Of a stretch of 64,000 nucleotides of DNA, positions 29,120 to 37,988 are shown piece by piece (position 1 is the stretch's first letter; every line of letters begins with the position of its first letter). Source of the DNA: an uncultured Christensenellaceae bacterium (GTDB lineage: Bacteria > Bacillota > Clostridia > Christensenellales > CAG-1252); contig CAZUET010000001.1 of assembly GCA_964619685.1 (NCBI GenBank), positions 7,719 to 71,718 of the forward strand, in the 5' to 3' direction. Made by a program: the position numbers and the translations under genes. The notes beneath the pieces are model-generated. The model made no database searches. It saw nothing but the letters and a program-made list of their open reading frames with translations, and was not told where the DNA came from.

Positions 29120-30565
29120 ATGAAAAGAAAATTTTTACTAACGATCATAGCTTTTATCATGTGCCTTGTAACGGTATTTGCATGCGTTGCTTGTGATGGA
29201 AATACCCCGGATGAAAATGTAGTACCGACCACCGGAGAATTGAATTTCGATGATAATGGAAATGTGATCTTTAAAAACACAACAATTAGACTCGAAACCG
29301 TTGTTAACGGTGACGATACATCTGCATTCGATGCTATTATTGCAAGATTTAATATGATTTATGATGGTAAAATATCCATCAATGTTACTCACACGGCTCA
29401 AGGTGTTTATGAGACGACAGTTGCAAACAAAATCGAGAACAATAACAATCCTCCCGATATTATCATGTCCCACCAAAAGTCCCATAAGAGCTTCCAAGAG
29501 GCAGGATATATACAACCATTAGATAATATTATCGAAAAGTCGGGCATTAAGATCGATCCCTCTGATTATGCAGACGGTCTTGCACAGTATATGAATCTTG
29601 GTACAGATAAACTGTACAGTGTTCCTATCGACGGTCAAACTCATGTACTATTCTATAACAAGGCAGAACTTGCTAAGACAGGTATGAGCTTACCTACTAA
29701 CCGTGAAGAGTTGCTTGCAGTTTGTAAAAAGTATATGGAGGTTACCGGCGGTAATACACCTATTGCTTGGAGTACAGGTGCCGATTATTTTGCAAACTAT
29801 GTGTTTATGAGTGCAATACTTCAAAATGGTGCAACTTTATATGATACAAAGACACTAATGACCGATTGGTATGATAATGAGACCAACCGTAATGCATTTA
29901 TAAATGCAAGCGAATCTATAAGAGAGATAATCAATCTCAGATATGCTTCATACAACGCATCTTCGAGTGATAACCTCAACAACTTCATGAAAGGTCAAAG
30001 ATTATTCTACTTTACCGATCCTTGGTCAATGGACGGATTAGTAAATAAGTATGCGGAGCAAAAGGGCATCGATAAGACTACATTATTCAATGAAGTATTG
30101 GGCGGAGCGAGCTTCTCAGGCTGGTTTGCAATGAGTGACAATTCTCAAAAAAATACTATCTTTGGTGACTCTCACTTTTTCGCAATGAGTAAGTCTGTTA
30201 CCGATGTTACCAAGCAAGCAGCAGTATTAGAGTTCATCAAGTGGTTTACCACCGATGCAACCGCAGGAGCAGATTGGGCACAAGCCGGTCATGTAAGCGT
30301 ATCTAAGGTTATTAATGCATCCGATACATATAAGAGCAATTCGTATGTAACTAACTTTATTGGTAACTTCTATCCCGATATTAATGACTTTACATGTGTA
30401 GGTGTAACACCGTATTATTCAGCTGTTATAAATAATATCAAATCAATGTTCTCTGAAACCGTTAACACTAAGACATTAAGTGGAAGCTACGACAAGAATG
30501 ATGATGCTAAGGTTATCAAGAGCAAGCAAGACGCCGTTAATAATCAAATAGGATTCTTCGGCTGA
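29120..30565 (+). CDS. ABC sugar transporter substrate-binding lipoprotein
   Basis: 481 aa; lipobox VFACVAC; family-1 extracellular solute-binding features. Directly followed by two permease genes. Confidence 0.8.
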   Translation: MKRKFLLTIIAFIMCLVTVFACVACDGNTPDENVVPTTGELNFDDNGNVIFKNTTIRLETVVNGDDTSAFDAIIARFNMIYDGKISINVTHTAQGVYETTVANKIENNNNPPDIIMSHQKSHKSFQEAGYIQPLDNIIEKSGIKIDPSDYADGLAQYMNLGTDKLYSVPIDGQTHVLFYNKAELAKTGMSLPTNREELLAVCKKYMEVTGGNTPIAWSTGADYFANYVFMSAILQNGATLYDTKTLMTDWYDNETNRNAFINASESIREIINLRYASYNASSSDNLNNFMKGQRLFYFTDPWSMDGLVNKYAEQKGIDKTTLFNEVLGGASFSGWFAMSDNSQKNTIFGDSHFFAMSKSVTDVTKQAAVLEFIKWFTTDATAGADWAQAGHVSVSKVINASDTYKSNSYVTNFIGNFYPDINDFTCVGVTPYYSAVINNIKSMFSETVNTKTLSGSYDKNDDAKVIKSKQDAVNNQIGFFG

Positions 30566-30579
30566 TCCTCGGTGATATT

Positions 30580-31626
30580 ATGGAGATAGATTTAGAACAA
30601 AAAATTAATCAGCAAAAGGCACGCAAGAGGAGGGAAACGCTTCTTGCGCTCCTGTTAATGAGCCCGTTTTTGATAATATTTATAGTGTTTACACTTATAC
30701 CTGTCATAGCGGGCTTTGTTTTTAGCTTTATGAACTACAATCCGTATGGTTCATCGCCGGATTCATTTATTGGATTGCAGAATTATAAGGATCTTTTCGA
30801 TTTCAGTAACGCTATTTCGCTTTCGTTTTGGGATTCTTTTCTAACGATGTTTTTATTTGACATTGTAGCGGTACCGCTATTGATAATAATTCCTCTTATT
30901 TTGGCTTATTATATAAATAAACAGCCCCCGGGATATAAATTATTCCGTGCAATCATCTATTTACCGAGCGTTGTATCTTTGACGATCGTAGGTATTATTT
31001 TCGGTAATATGTTTAAGAGTGATAGCTCCGGTCTTATAAATGCGCTTTTTGGTGTCAATATAGACTGGTTAGGCGGTAAACCGTGGGATGGTGATACCTT
31101 AAGATGGGTAGTAATGTTAATAGCCAGTATATGGTGGCAGACAGGTACCAACTTTGTCATTTTCTCGGGAGCATTGAGAGATGTTCCTCAACCGCTATAT
31201 GAGGCATGTGAAATGGACGGAGGTGGCAAACTGCATCGCATATTGTATGTAACCTTGCCCAACATTCGTTCATCGGTAATGATCTGTTTGTTCAATACCT
31301 TAATAGGTTATTTAAATCTATACGCTCAACCGTATATGTTGAATACCATGGAGAACCAAGATATATTTGTTTCGCCTATGATGTTTATACAGACCTATTT
31401 GATGGGCGGTATCGCTTATTCTAAAAAGACAGGATATCTATGTGCCGCCGCAATCGTTTTCGGTTTGATAGTAATGGTGTTCAGTATAATTCAGCGAGCA
31501 GTCACATCTGAACGCAGAGGACGCACTACACATGCTGATGCTTGTAATCGCTTCGTTGTGAAGCGTGCCGAGTTGGGAAGCGTATCTCAAGAAAGTTCTA
31601 TTATGGGAGGTATCGATAATGAATAA
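30580..31626 (+). CDS. ABC sugar transporter permease (MalF/UgpA-like)
   Basis: 348 aa, 6 TM. EAA-like loop ALRDVPQPLYEACEMDGGGKLHRILYVTLP. Confidence 0.85.
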   Translation: MEIDLEQKINQQKARKRRETLLALLLMSPFLIIFIVFTLIPVIAGFVFSFMNYNPYGSSPDSFIGLQNYKDLFDFSNAISLSFWDSFLTMFLFDIVAVPLLIIIPLILAYYINKQPPGYKLFRAIIYLPSVVSLTIVGIIFGNMFKSDSSGLINALFGVNIDWLGGKPWDGDTLRWVVMLIASIWWQTGTNFVIFSGALRDVPQPLYEACEMDGGGKLHRILYVTLPNIRSSVMICLFNTLIGYLNLYAQPYMLNTMENQDIFVSPMMFIQTYLMGGIAYSKKTGYLCAAAIVFGLIVMVFSIIQRAVTSERRGRTTHADACNRFVVKRAELGSVSQESSIMGGIDNE

Positions 31627-32539
31627 TGAAAAACGCAAGTATACTAAGTCGGAATTGACTAAGCGTCGTGAAAAACGCACTGCATTCATTGTTTTGTTGA
31701 TAGTATCCATACTTTGGGCATTCCCTCTCATTTATATGTTTGGTACATCGTTCAAGTCAGATTACGATCTTCAAGCAGCACCGCAAAAGATATTCCCGTC
31801 ATCGTGGAGTGAGTGGACGCTCAAGCACTATACAGGATTTATAGTTCGTGAAGGAAAGATTGACAATATGCCAATATGGATGTTAAACTCATTGTGGTCC
31901 ACCATTGCGAATGTTGCATTGACAGTGATCGTAGACCTACTAACCGCATATGCATTAGTATTTCTTAGATTTAAAGGCAAGAACTTTATCTTGAAGTTCT
32001 CATTACTTTGGATGGCTGTCCCTGCTATTTTGGGAACCGCACCGTCTTATGCGATATTTGCAGCAGTAAGAAATGCATTAAAGATCGAAAGCAATGCAGC
32101 GACCTACGCCTATATTTATTTTTGGTTGGTAGTACCCGGATGCACCGGTATATTCAATATGCTTCTGATGCGAAACTTCTTTATGTCCATACCTAAGGAC
32201 ATAGTAGAGAGTGCCCGTTCGGACGGTGCAAGTAATATGACTATATTTAGGCGTATAATTTGTCCGCTTGCTAAATCCACAATAATGCTTATCGTATTAT
32301 TTGCATTTACAGGTAGCTGGAACTCCCTAACTTGGCCACAATTACTGCTATCGGGAGGTAACTCATATTGGAATACAGTAACTGTAGCACTTACAGGTTA
32401 TACGGGCGGTTCTGCATGGGGTGCAACAGGTGTAGCGATGGCAACAAGTGTATTTGCACTTATACCGATCATAATTATATTTATTATAACGCAAGATAAA
32501 ATGATCGATGGTCTTGCGTCCACCGGAGTTAAAGGATGA
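31619..32539 (+). CDS. ABC sugar transporter permease (MalG/UgpE-like)
   Basis: I prefer ATG 31619 (SD GGGAGG, 8-nt overlap with the upstream stop). EAA loop MSIPKDIVESARSDGASNMTIFRRIICP. Confidence 0.85.
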   Translation: MNNEKRKYTKSELTKRREKRTAFIVLLIVSILWAFPLIYMFGTSFKSDYDLQAAPQKIFPSSWSEWTLKHYTGFIVREGKIDNMPIWMLNSLWSTIANVALTVIVDLLTAYALVFLRFKGKNFILKFSLLWMAVPAILGTAPSYAIFAAVRNALKIESNAATYAYIYFWLVVPGCTGIFNMLLMRNFFMSIPKDIVESARSDGASNMTIFRRIICPLAKSTIMLIVLFAFTGSWNSLTWPQLLLSGGNSYWNTVTVALTGYTGGSAWGATGVAMATSVFALIPIIIIFIITQDKMIDGLASTGVKG

Positions 32540-34266
32540 TTATGGAGAATAACACATTTTTATCACTAAAAAACGTAGAAAAGGTTTATCCAAATGGCGA
32601 AAAGGCAGTGTATGATTTTAATCTCGATGTCGATAAGAACGATTTTATAGTTATCGTCGGACCGTCGGGATGCGGTAAGTCTACCACACTTAGAATGATA
32701 GCAGGTCTTGAAGATGTTACCTCAGGTGATATTTTCATGGAAAATGAGCTTATTAACTATAAAGAAAGTAAGGATCGTAAAATGGCGATAGTATTCCAAA
32801 GCTACGCCCTTTATCCTCAAATGAATGTCTATGATAATATAGCGTTTCCTCTTACCATTAATAAGTATCCGTTCCCTATTACAAATGAGGTATTGACGGC
32901 TGTAAGTGACCTTGAAAGGGTGATTGCATCGTGCTCTGCAGATGCTATAGCACAGGCTATTATCGATGCAAATAAGCAAAAAAAGAGCAATGAAGAATTG
33001 GCTTCGGTGCTGAATATATCTCTATATGCAGGTAGTTGGCTCAATTCCGATTATGCTCATTCAAAAATGTCTGAGGAACAGCTTAAAGCAGATGCAAAGG
33101 GATTTTTGGAGCAATTCATACTTGGCGTTAGATCTAAGCGTGACGAAGAACTTGTTAAAGTTAAAAACGACGGTGTCAAACTTGACGAAGAATTTTGCGA
33201 GTTGGACGAAAACGGAGAGCGTAAGATCGTATACCGTAAAATGACCGATTACGAAATAAGAGTTAAGGTGTTTGAAACGGCTCAAACTCTCGATCTTACT
33301 CCATATCTCGATAAGATACCTAAGGAGCTTTCAGGCGGACAAATGCAGCGTGTTGCCTTAGGTCGTGCTATTGTCAAAAATGTACCGGTATTTATGATGG
33401 ACGAGCCGTTATCCAATCTTGATGCGAAGTTAAGACTTACTATGCGAAGTGAAATAGTTAAGCTTCATAATAAGATAAATGCCACCACAATTTATGTCAC
33501 CCACGACCAAACCGAAGCAATGACAATGGCAACAAGAATAGTTGTTATGTCCCGTGGATTTATTCAGCAGATAGGTACACCCGATGAAATCTACAACGAT
33601 CCCTGTAATGTTTTTGTAGCCAAATTTATCGGTTCTCCGTCAATGAACTTCTTTGATATGAAGTACGATAGAGAAAATAATGTGCTGTATAATGACGCTA
33701 TTACCATTCCTACAGACCAAGAGTTTAAGGATAGATACGACGCATTCTACCAATCTAAACAAGAAGCATTTGAAAAATTATTGGGTAACTTTGATAAGAG
33801 TGCGCACGAGAGCGTTCTTAAAATTCTTTCTGCTACCGAATCGGGTAAGGATTACAGAAAGAAGGAAGAGCCGAAAACATCGTTGGTCGCTAAGATCAAA
33901 AAGTTATTTGCAAAGGAAGACAATGTCGATCCATATGAGTTGACGCGCTCTATTGCAACTAAAAAGCTTGATGAAATCCATTCCTTTAGAGAGGGTAACC
34001 GCAATCTTTGCATTGGAATCCGCCCCGAAAGAATTAGTATCCAAAAGTATGATCCAAATAAATCATATGATAATGCCGTTACATTGACTCCAACTGTTTG
34101 CGAGCTTTTAGGCGCTGAATATAATATTCATTTCGATTATTGTGGCAAAGATATGGTCGGCAAGATAGATGCTAAGGAAAAAATAACTCTTCACGATAAG
34201 ATAACTGTTTCGTTACAATTTAACGATATTTATATATTCGATCCTGTTTCTGGCGATGTTATTTAA
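32536..34266 (+). CDS. MalK/MsmK-type ABC ATPase with large insertions
   Basis: 576 aa. Walker A GPSGCGKST, Q-loop VFQSYALYP, signature LSGGQMQR, Walker B VFMMDEP, H-loop VTHDQ. About 125 extra residues lie between the Q-loop region and the signature (about 32869-33256), and the C-terminal domain is extended. Confidence 0.85.
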   Translation: MIMENNTFLSLKNVEKVYPNGEKAVYDFNLDVDKNDFIVIVGPSGCGKSTTLRMIAGLEDVTSGDIFMENELINYKESKDRKMAIVFQSYALYPQMNVYDNIAFPLTINKYPFPITNEVLTAVSDLERVIASCSADAIAQAIIDANKQKKSNEELASVLNISLYAGSWLNSDYAHSKMSEEQLKADAKGFLEQFILGVRSKRDEELVKVKNDGVKLDEEFCELDENGERKIVYRKMTDYEIRVKVFETAQTLDLTPYLDKIPKELSGGQMQRVALGRAIVKNVPVFMMDEPLSNLDAKLRLTMRSEIVKLHNKINATTIYVTHDQTEAMTMATRIVVMSRGFIQQIGTPDEIYNDPCNVFVAKFIGSPSMNFFDMKYDRENNVLYNDAITIPTDQEFKDRYDAFYQSKQEAFEKLLGNFDKSAHESVLKILSATESGKDYRKKEEPKTSLVAKIKKLFAKEDNVDPYELTRSIATKKLDEIHSFREGNRNLCIGIRPERISIQKYDPNKSYDNAVTLTPTVCELLGAEYNIHFDYCGKDMVGKIDAKEKITLHDKITVSLQFNDIYIFDPVSGDVI

Positions 34267-34268
34267 TT

Positions 34269-35249
34269 ATGGGAAAGAAGAATGTTAGCATGAAAACAAT
34301 AGCGAACGAGTGCGGTGTTTCAATTAACACCGTATCTCACGCTTTGCGTGATTTTTCTGATATTTCAAAAAGCACTAAACAAATGATAAGGCAAAAAGCG
34401 ATAGAACTCGGTTATTTGCCAAATGTTCCCGCTCAACGACTAAAAATAGGGGGGGAGAAAGCGGTTGTTGCTGTTCTTGTTAGTGAGCTTACGAACCTAT
34501 ATTTTTCCATTCTTTGTGATAGGCTTATTAAGATCTTTGAACAAAACAACGAATACGATATACAGATACTTTTCGAGCGTGACGATGCGATGTCTACCAT
34601 TAAGCAATGTATTCTTCAGCGTGTTGATATGGTAATTACCCATAGAGTATTCTCTCGAGAAGCAATGGAATATGCAAAGATTAATAACATAAGAATAATT
34701 ACCGTTGGTTGCGATATGATGAATATCGATACCGATGTTGTCACTGTTAACGAAGAAATGAGCTGTGAGCAGGTTGCGAGATATCTTTGGGGTATTCATA
34801 AAGCGAATAAGTTTTTGTTTGTTGGACTCGATTATTATTTATCCGATTTAAGATGCGCTTATTTCAAAAATGCTTTGAATTCACTTGGAATAACTGATAT
34901 AATCTATTTTAATGAGAGTACCGACGATATAAGAACGCTACTTGACTATATCAATAACGGATATCGAAGTATATTCTTTTATGATGATGTTATGGCGTAT
35001 AAGATACTCAATAAACTTGACGATATTGTTGTAGATGTTCGTAAAGCGTTTCCCGATCTGCATTTAGTCGGATTTGACGGTTTATGCGAAAACATTTTAG
35101 GACTTAAACAAATATCTACAGTTTTGATAGATTACTCTGAGTTTGCAATGGCGATATATGAGTTGATCAAGTTTAGATTTGATAATCCAACATCAGACCA
35201 TAGGAGAGTTGTTTTATCTACAGCTATTCATCAAAGAACAAAGAGTTAA
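34269..35249 (+). CDS. LacI-family transcriptional regulator
   Basis: 326 aa. N-terminal HTH MKTIANECGVSINTVSHALRD...; periplasmic-binding-like effector domain. Confidence 0.85.
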   Translation: MGKKNVSMKTIANECGVSINTVSHALRDFSDISKSTKQMIRQKAIELGYLPNVPAQRLKIGGEKAVVAVLVSELTNLYFSILCDRLIKIFEQNNEYDIQILFERDDAMSTIKQCILQRVDMVITHRVFSREAMEYAKINNIRIITVGCDMMNIDTDVVTVNEEMSCEQVARYLWGIHKANKFLFVGLDYYLSDLRCAYFKNALNSLGITDIIYFNESTDDIRTLLDYINNGYRSIFFYDDVMAYKILNKLDDIVVDVRKAFPDLHLVGFDGLCENILGLKQISTVLIDYSEFAMAIYELIKFRFDNPTSDHRRVVLSTAIHQRTKS

Positions 35250-35307
35250 TTATAGAAATAACTAATAATTGCAACTATAAGTTATTTAATGAAACACGAG
35301 GTGAATT

Positions 35308-36579
35308 ATGCAAAACAGAACATATGCTGTTGCAATACTTGGATGCGGTCAGCGTGGTGCCGAATCGTATGGAGCATTGATCGATGAAGACAAAAAAAGG
35401 TTTAAAATAGTATCACTATGCGAGATCGATTCATTCAAACTAAATAAGTATAAAGATCGTTTTTGCGTGGATGAAGCTAATTGTTTTCAAAACGAAGAAG
35501 ATTTCTTCGAGAAAAGAAGGGCTGATGTCCTTTTGATAACTACAATGGATCAAGACCATGTTCGCCAATGTGTTAAGGCGTTAAGTCTTGGATATGACAT
35601 TTTGCTTGAAAAACCCATTACATCCCAAAAGGAAGAATGCTATGAGCTACTTGATGCTCAGCGTAAGTATGGCGGTAAAGTCATAGTTTGTCATGTTCTC
35701 CGCTATGCACCTGCATTTATTAAGGTGGCAGAATTGATAGATGAGGGCAGAATTGGAAAATTGGTTGCTATACAGGCATTAGAGCAAGTCAATTATTGGC
35801 ATCAAGCACATAGTTATGTTCGTGGTAATTGGCGTAGAGTAGAGGACACCGCACCAATGATCATCGCTAAATGTTGTCATGACCTCGATCTTTTACAATA
35901 TTATGCTAGATCAAAATGTAAGAGTGTATCTTCAGTCGGCGATCTTGTTTTCTTTAAATCGGAAAATGCCCCCAAAGGATCGGCTAAACGCTGTTTAGAT
36001 TGTCAATTCAAGGATAGCTGTGCATATAGTGCTAAGCGAATTTATATAGACGATTGGAAAAAGAGAGGCTGCGCCGCCGATATATGGCCACAAACCCATC
36101 TGACGAGCGTATATCCGCTTACAGAAGAAGCTTTGACGGATGCACTGATAAACGGTCCATACGGAAGATGTGTATTTGCATGTGATAATGATGCCGTTGA
36201 TCATCAGTTGACCAATGTCGTATTTGAAAACGGAGTTAAAGCCTCGTTGATAATGACTGCCTTCACTCAAAACGGCGGAAGAATTATGACATTCTTTGGC
36301 ACAGCCGGTGAAATAATTCTTGATGAGGAGCATCAATTTATCGAGATCAAGCCCTTTGGTCTACCATCTGAAAAGATTGCATTAGTTGACTTGAACGAGG
36401 GTGGACATGCTCATGGTGGCGGTGATGCAGGTATAATTAATAGTCTATATGGTATGATATCCGGCGTAGCAGATGAACGCACTTCGCTCGAATCATCCAT
36501 AGAAAGCCATTTAATGGGTATCTGTGCTGAAGAATCACGTCTTCACGACGGTCAGCTTATCTATCTCCACACAAAATAA
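35308..36579 (+). CDS. Gfo/Idh/MocA-family NAD(P)-dependent oxidoreductase
   Basis: 423 aa; SD GAGGTG. Rossmann start AVAILGCGQRG; EKPIT motif. Confidence 0.8.
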   Translation: MQNRTYAVAILGCGQRGAESYGALIDEDKKRFKIVSLCEIDSFKLNKYKDRFCVDEANCFQNEEDFFEKRRADVLLITTMDQDHVRQCVKALSLGYDILLEKPITSQKEECYELLDAQRKYGGKVIVCHVLRYAPAFIKVAELIDEGRIGKLVAIQALEQVNYWHQAHSYVRGNWRRVEDTAPMIIAKCCHDLDLLQYYARSKCKSVSSVGDLVFFKSENAPKGSAKRCLDCQFKDSCAYSAKRIYIDDWKKRGCAADIWPQTHLTSVYPLTEEALTDALINGPYGRCVFACDNDAVDHQLTNVVFENGVKASLIMTAFTQNGGRIMTFFGTAGEIILDEEHQFIEIKPFGLPSEKIALVDLNEGGHAHGGGDAGIINSLYGMISGVADERTSLESSIESHLMGICAEESRLHDGQLIYLHTK

Positions 36580-36623
36580 GTTTTTTACTTTCCGTGATTG
36601 ACGATCGATATAAATAATGGAGT

Positions 36624-36752
36624 GTTCGCCGTCATACTGAGATTGTTTCCGTCCAGTTATACTCAAGCGAAGTCGAACTGCCTAAGCAGTGCAAGGCAAA
36701 GCCTTGCAGTATCTTGGACGGTAACAAAAGAATAATTTTGTATCTTGCGGAC
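36624..36752 (+). repeat. modular intergenic repeat, copy C (best-preserved)
   Basis: GTTCGCCGTCATACTGAG / TTTCCGTCCAGTTATACTCAAG / CGAAGTCGA-ACTGC-ctaa-GCAGT (36677-36690) / GCAAGGC-aaa-GCCTTGC (36691-36707) / AGTATCTTGGACGG / TTTTGTATCTTGCGGAC. Confidence 0.8.
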
Positions 36753-36843
36753 AACAATCTATATTGATATACCATTTATGACTGCATTCATTATATCCTT
36801 TTATCACTTTTTAAACATTTTTTAACAAACATAGCTAAAATTG

Positions 36844-36873
36844 TTGACTAAATGCCCTGAATGTTGTTAGAAT
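36844..36873 (+). promoter_or_regulatory. promoter of the lysine-riboswitch leader
   Basis: TTGACT (36844-36849), 18 nt, TAGAAT (36868-36873). Confidence 0.6.
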
Positions 36874-36883
36874 ATAAACATCT

Positions 36884-37047
36884 ATGATAGAGGTGCGTCC
36901 GATATCAGTAAGTTAACTGTCTTGACGATTGCGGTTAACCGAAAGGAGAGGTCGCCGAAGTTTGACGAGTATGTCAAAACTCGTTTTGCTGGGATAAGAT
37001 ATAATATGTCTTATACTGTCGCATCTAAAAATGTGGAGTGCTATCTA
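36884..37047 (+). promoter_or_regulatory. lysine riboswitch (L-box) aptamer
   Basis: GATAGAGGTGCG...AGTA...GAAAGGAGAGGTCGCCGAAG...CTGG...ACTGTC...TGGAGTGCTATC matches the conserved L-box blocks in the same order as the B. subtilis lysC leader. Confidence 0.85.
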
Positions 37048-37063
37048 TTTTGTGGTTATCTTG

Positions 37064-37098
37064 ACCGTGATTTGATACGCTCGAATCACGGTTTTTTG
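37064..37098 (+). terminator. L-box expression-platform terminator
   Basis: ACCGTGATT (37064-37072) / AATCACGGT (37084-37092), then TTTTTT. Confidence 0.75.
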
Positions 37099-37138
37099 AT
37101 GCCTATTATATAGAAATACCATTTGAGAGGAAATAAAA

Positions 37139-37984
37139 ATGAAAAAATTAATTTCTATCGTATTAATTCTTGTTCTCGTTTTATCCGTCGTTAGTTGCTT
37201 GACCGCTTGCAATAACGAAGAAAGCGAAAAAGACTATATCAGCGTAGGCTTAGAGTGTGGATATGCTCCATATAACTGGACACAACCCACCGCTGATGAT
37301 GGTGCAGTTAAAATCGATAATGGCTATGGCTATGCCGGTGGCTATGATATAATGATAGCTAAAAAGGTCGCCGAAGCACTTGGTAAGGAATTGAGAGTTT
37401 ATAAATATGAATTCAATGCTTTGATTCCCGCAGTTAAATCGGGTACATTGGACTTTATCATTGCAGGTATGTCACCGACAGAAGAAAGAATGAAATCGAT
37501 CGATTTTACCGATGTTTATTATAACGGTGATCTTGTAATCGTTGTAAGAAAAGACGGTGCTTTTGCATCTGCTGAAAATCTTGATGATTTTAATGGAGCT
37601 AAACTTGTTGCTCAACAAGGAACATTCCACGAAACCGCACTTAAAGATCAAGGAGCTTCTCACGGTATCTCTGTACAAACCTCTTTGGATACCTTCCCGC
37701 TTATGATAAATGCGCTCAAGTCAAAGGCAATTGACGGCTATATTGCGGAAGAACCGGGTGCAAAGGCTGATTGTGCTGCAAATAGCGATTTTACATATAT
37801 TCCACTTAAGAACAATACAACAGGCTTTATCGCAAGCGATGAAGATACTGCTATCGCTATTGGACTTAAGAAGGGTAGCGCATATAAAGATGTTATAAAT
37901 CAAGTTTTAGCAACAATTTCTACTGAAGAAAGACTAGCATTAATGGAAGAAGCAACTGAATTGAGTACAAAGTATGTAGGATAG
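37139..37984 (+). CDS. polar amino-acid ABC transporter substrate-binding lipoprotein (lysine inferred from the riboswitch)
   Basis: 281 aa; SD GAGAGGA; lipobox CLTAC; family-3 SBP features (DFIIAGMSPTEER, GYIAEEP). Confidence 0.85.
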   Translation: MKKLISIVLILVLVLSVVSCLTACNNEESEKDYISVGLECGYAPYNWTQPTADDGAVKIDNGYGYAGGYDIMIAKKVAEALGKELRVYKYEFNALIPAVKSGTLDFIIAGMSPTEERMKSIDFTDVYYNGDLVIVVRKDGAFASAENLDDFNGAKLVAQQGTFHETALKDQGASHGISVQTSLDTFPLMINALKSKAIDGYIAEEPGAKADCAANSDFTYIPLKNNTTGFIASDEDTAIAIGLKKGSAYKDVINQVLATISTEERLALMEEATELSTKYVG

Positions 37985-37988
37985 TACA

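Noticed and set aside
30563-30565. Possible genetic code 4 (TGA = Trp), prompted by the Mollicutes-like long MalK
   Set aside because: TGA terminates well-defined genes at sensible positions. At 30563-30565 an SD-led gene follows the stop. At 46399-46402 there is an ATGA stop/start overlap. The long ORFs are intact under the standard code.
36922-37113. 63-aa ORF in the track between the oxidoreductase gene and the ABC operon
   Set aside because: It lies entirely within the lysine riboswitch aptamer and terminator, has no SD, and its conservation is better explained by RNA structure.
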